From Narcine bancroftii (taxonomy: Eukaryota), in assembly GCF_036971445.1 (NCBI RefSeq), contig NC_091469.1, positions 151,900,001 through 151,964,000 on the forward strand: 64,000 nucleotides of DNA, read 5' to 3'. The notes below the pieces were generated by a model, which saw only the letters and a list, made by a program, of their open reading frames with translations, made no database searches and had not been told where the DNA came from. The position numbers were made by a program, and so were the translations under genes. Below are positions 61,613 through 64,000 of this stretch, one piece after another (positions within the stretch are counted from its first letter, which is position 1; each line of letters starts with the position of its first letter).

Positions 61613-62444
61613 GCAAAACTCAAACAACTGGATATTCAAATGAGCATCTGGGAAACCAGTGGAATAAATGGAAAAGGGTTTACCAGATGCTGTGGACCTG
61701 GACGCATCTTATGCCAGGTGGGAATAGGGCATTTCTGTGCAACTTCTCTCTCCTCCACTCCATTCCCACCACCCCCCCACCCCCACTTCCTGTGTGACAA
61801 AAATTGTGGTTGGGCCAAACTGAACAGAGGTGAGAGTAGACTGACCCACTGAGTCTGTGAGATCGGTTAATGCACACTCTTCCTGCGTTACACCGTTTCC
61901 GTTCCTTTCTGACTTATAAACAGTTTAGAACATAAATCATGCTCAGGAGCGGAACCTGTCATCACCTGCACTGTCACAGATGTAGCAGTTGTTCCGAACG
62001 TTACAAGGGGAACACTGACAAGTCCATCGACCAGGTGTTACAGCTAAAGTGCATCATGTACAATGCAATAGAGTAAAATTCCCATTATCTGAAATTCAAG
62101 CAAGAGAAGCTACAAAAAAAGGAGAAAAAAAAAATCCAAAAATAAATAGGTACCCGGTGGTGGAGGCAGGTACATTGGTGAATTTCAAGCGACTACTTGA
62201 CAAGCATGTGGAGGGTAAAATGCGAAGCAGGGTCTAAAGGTCAGCATTACATTGTGGGCCGAAGGGCCTGTGTAGTACTGTTCTACGTTCTAAGTTTAAA
62301 ATTTTTGCGCCTCAGCTTTAGTTTGCCAATCCATAACAAGCAATCTTAAGCAACTGAAAAATTCACTTATCCAGCATTTACCAATCCCTATAGGTGCCAG
62401 AAACAAGGGGTTTTACTGTACTTTAAAATGTTGTCCCATCAATA

Positions 62445-63110
62445 GAACGAAGGGATTTAGGAATTCTGGTACATAATTCCCTGAAAATTAAGTCATATGT
62501 AGATAGGGTGCTGAAGAAAGCATTTGGTATATTGGCCATCATAATTGAGTATTGAGTACAGGAGTTGGGATATTATGTTGAAGTTGTATAAGGCATTGGT
62601 GGGGCCAAATTTGGAATATTGTGTGCAGTTTTAGTCACCGAATTATAGTGAGGATCTAGACAGAATAGAGAGAGTGCAGAGGAGATTTACAAAAGGGTTG
62701 CCTGGGTTTAAGGGTTTGAGTTACAGGTAAAGGTTGAGCAGGCTGGGGCTTTATCCCCTCGAGCGTAGAAGGTTGAGGGGTGATTTGATGGAGGTATTTA
62801 AAATTATGTGGGGGATAGATAGAGTCAAGGTGGACAGGCTTTTTCCATTGAGAGTGGGGGAGATTCAAACAAGAGGACATGGAGGAAAGGTTTAGGGGAA
62901 ATATGAGGGGGAATGTCTTCACTCAAAGGACGGTGGGAGTGTGGAATAAGCTTCTAGCTGAAATGGTAGATGCAGGTTCGATTTTAATATTTGGTATATG
63001 GACGAGAGAGGTGTGGAGGGTTATGGGCCGGGTTTAATGAAACTAGGTGTCCTTCATGGACTAGAAAGGCCGAACTGGCCTGATTCTGTGCTGTAATTGT
63101 GACATGGTTT
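62445..63110 (+). mobile_element. CR1 LINE 3' fragment
   Basis: LVGPNLEYCVQF.SP...ERVQRRFT...RGDLMEVFKI...; CR1 tail. Confidence 0.88.
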
Positions 63111-63338
63111 ATATAAATCAGTGACTATCATTTGGCACAGAACAATATCCCACCGATTAATTTGGTTTTTAATAACATAAGATGGGAACATAGAGTGAAG
63201 TTGAAAATTCTAAAGGGACTCTCCATGCTTTTTTTAAATAAAAAGTTGATATAATTAGATTGGGGTGAGGGGGGGTGGGGGGGAGTATTTCACCAAATAC
63301 CATCTGAAACAACTTGTTACCCCTTCAACATTACACTA

Positions 63339-63655
63339 CAGGTACACAATCCTTTATCCGGAACCCTTGGGGGACAGTGTGTTTCGAATTTCAGAAAGCC
63401 AGATTAACACCCACCCGAATTGTGCTGCTGTATCCACCCCCACCCCACCCCCTTCCAGCTGCGCTGCCGTCTCTCCCCCCCTCGGCCGCCCGACTCGCGC
63501 TGCCGGTCTCCCCCCCCACGTCTTCCCGACTCGCGCTGCCAGTCTTCCCCCACCTACCCCGCCCACCTGACTCGCACTGCTGTCTCTCTCCCCCTACTTG
63601 CCGGATTTTGGAGCTTTCCAGATTTTAGATGTCCGGATAAAGGATTGTGTACCTG
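63339..63655 (+). mobile_element. Complete Tigger/pogo-like MITE
   Basis: Perfect 24-bp TIRs CAGGTACACAATCCTTTATCCGGA / TCCGGATAAAGGATTGTGTACCTG, TA TSDs on both sides, internal C-rich repeats (GACTCGCGCTGCC.GTCT). Confidence 0.93.
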
Positions 63656-63771
63656 TACAATATCAGTCTAAATCAAGTAATGAAGATGGCCAGAAGTCAA
63701 AGCAGAAATCATTTGATATCACTTCTTCAATTTGCTAGTTCTCTCACAAAAGAATAATGCACGACAAATAC

Positions 63772-64000
63772 CTTGCAAAGGTTTCTTCTGGCAGATGTTT
63801 GTTCTGTGTCTCTTCATCCTGCTCCTCTGATGGCACTGTTTGATTCCCTGTGCCCCTCAATCGACTTATGTTTTGGCAGGAAATCAAATGTGGGGACAAG
63901 GACAGTTCTTGTACCCGTGACAGGACAATATCCTCAGTGGACTGAGAAATAAGAACCCGCAGGATAGCCAGGATGCCGGATATCCAGAGCTGAACAGTTC
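63772..64000 (-). CDS. HTT: Huntingtin coding exon ~39 (5' end runs off the window)
   Basis: Reverse strand reads [41 protein letters not shown]...LPEETFAR, matching vertebrate HTT; donor AG|gtattt at 63771. Confidence 0.96.

Overview
Eukaryotic (vertebrate) genomic DNA, not a prokaryotic accessory region. The window lies inside the huntingtin gene (HTT) on the minus strand. I traced 22 consecutive GT-AG coding exons between 64000 and 6278. They splice into one stop-free frame of 3272 nt (2 nt + 1090 codons), from ...[15 protein letters not shown] to ...CKAAAVLGM. By alignment from memory to human HTT these are about exons 39-60 (end of N-HEAT, bridge, C-HEAT). The repeat content suggests a cartilaginous fish, probably a ray/skate (inference): CR1/HER1-type LINEs, V-domain tRNA-SINEs, Deu-domain SINEs, Rex1/Babar, Penelope-like elements, RTE and L1. 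Introns are dense with nested, mostly dead transposons, including a CsRn1-like Gypsy element with a tRNA-Trp PBS, two solo LTRs, Tigger-like and hAT MITEs and a ~3.2 kb CR1. Most ORF-track entries are spurious or transposon fragments. I found no clear new multi-gene system. The best leads are: (i) a candidate in-frame 75-nt extra HTT exon after exon 60; (ii) a 32-bp minisatellite with a 3x32=96-bp higher-order repeat filling intron 45; (iii) a recent templated 248-bp copy of flanking DNA that replaced the Gypsy RT domain; (iv) a composite hAT MITE dimer carrying captured DNA; (v) retroelement tails that appear to supply HTT splice signals; (vi) Penelope pseudo-LTRs with a non-canonical hammerhead-like core; (vii) a young AviRTE-like RTE family. 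Exon numbers, repeat family names and human comparisons come from recalled knowledge and were not database-checked. Repeat boundaries are approximate unless a TSD is given.
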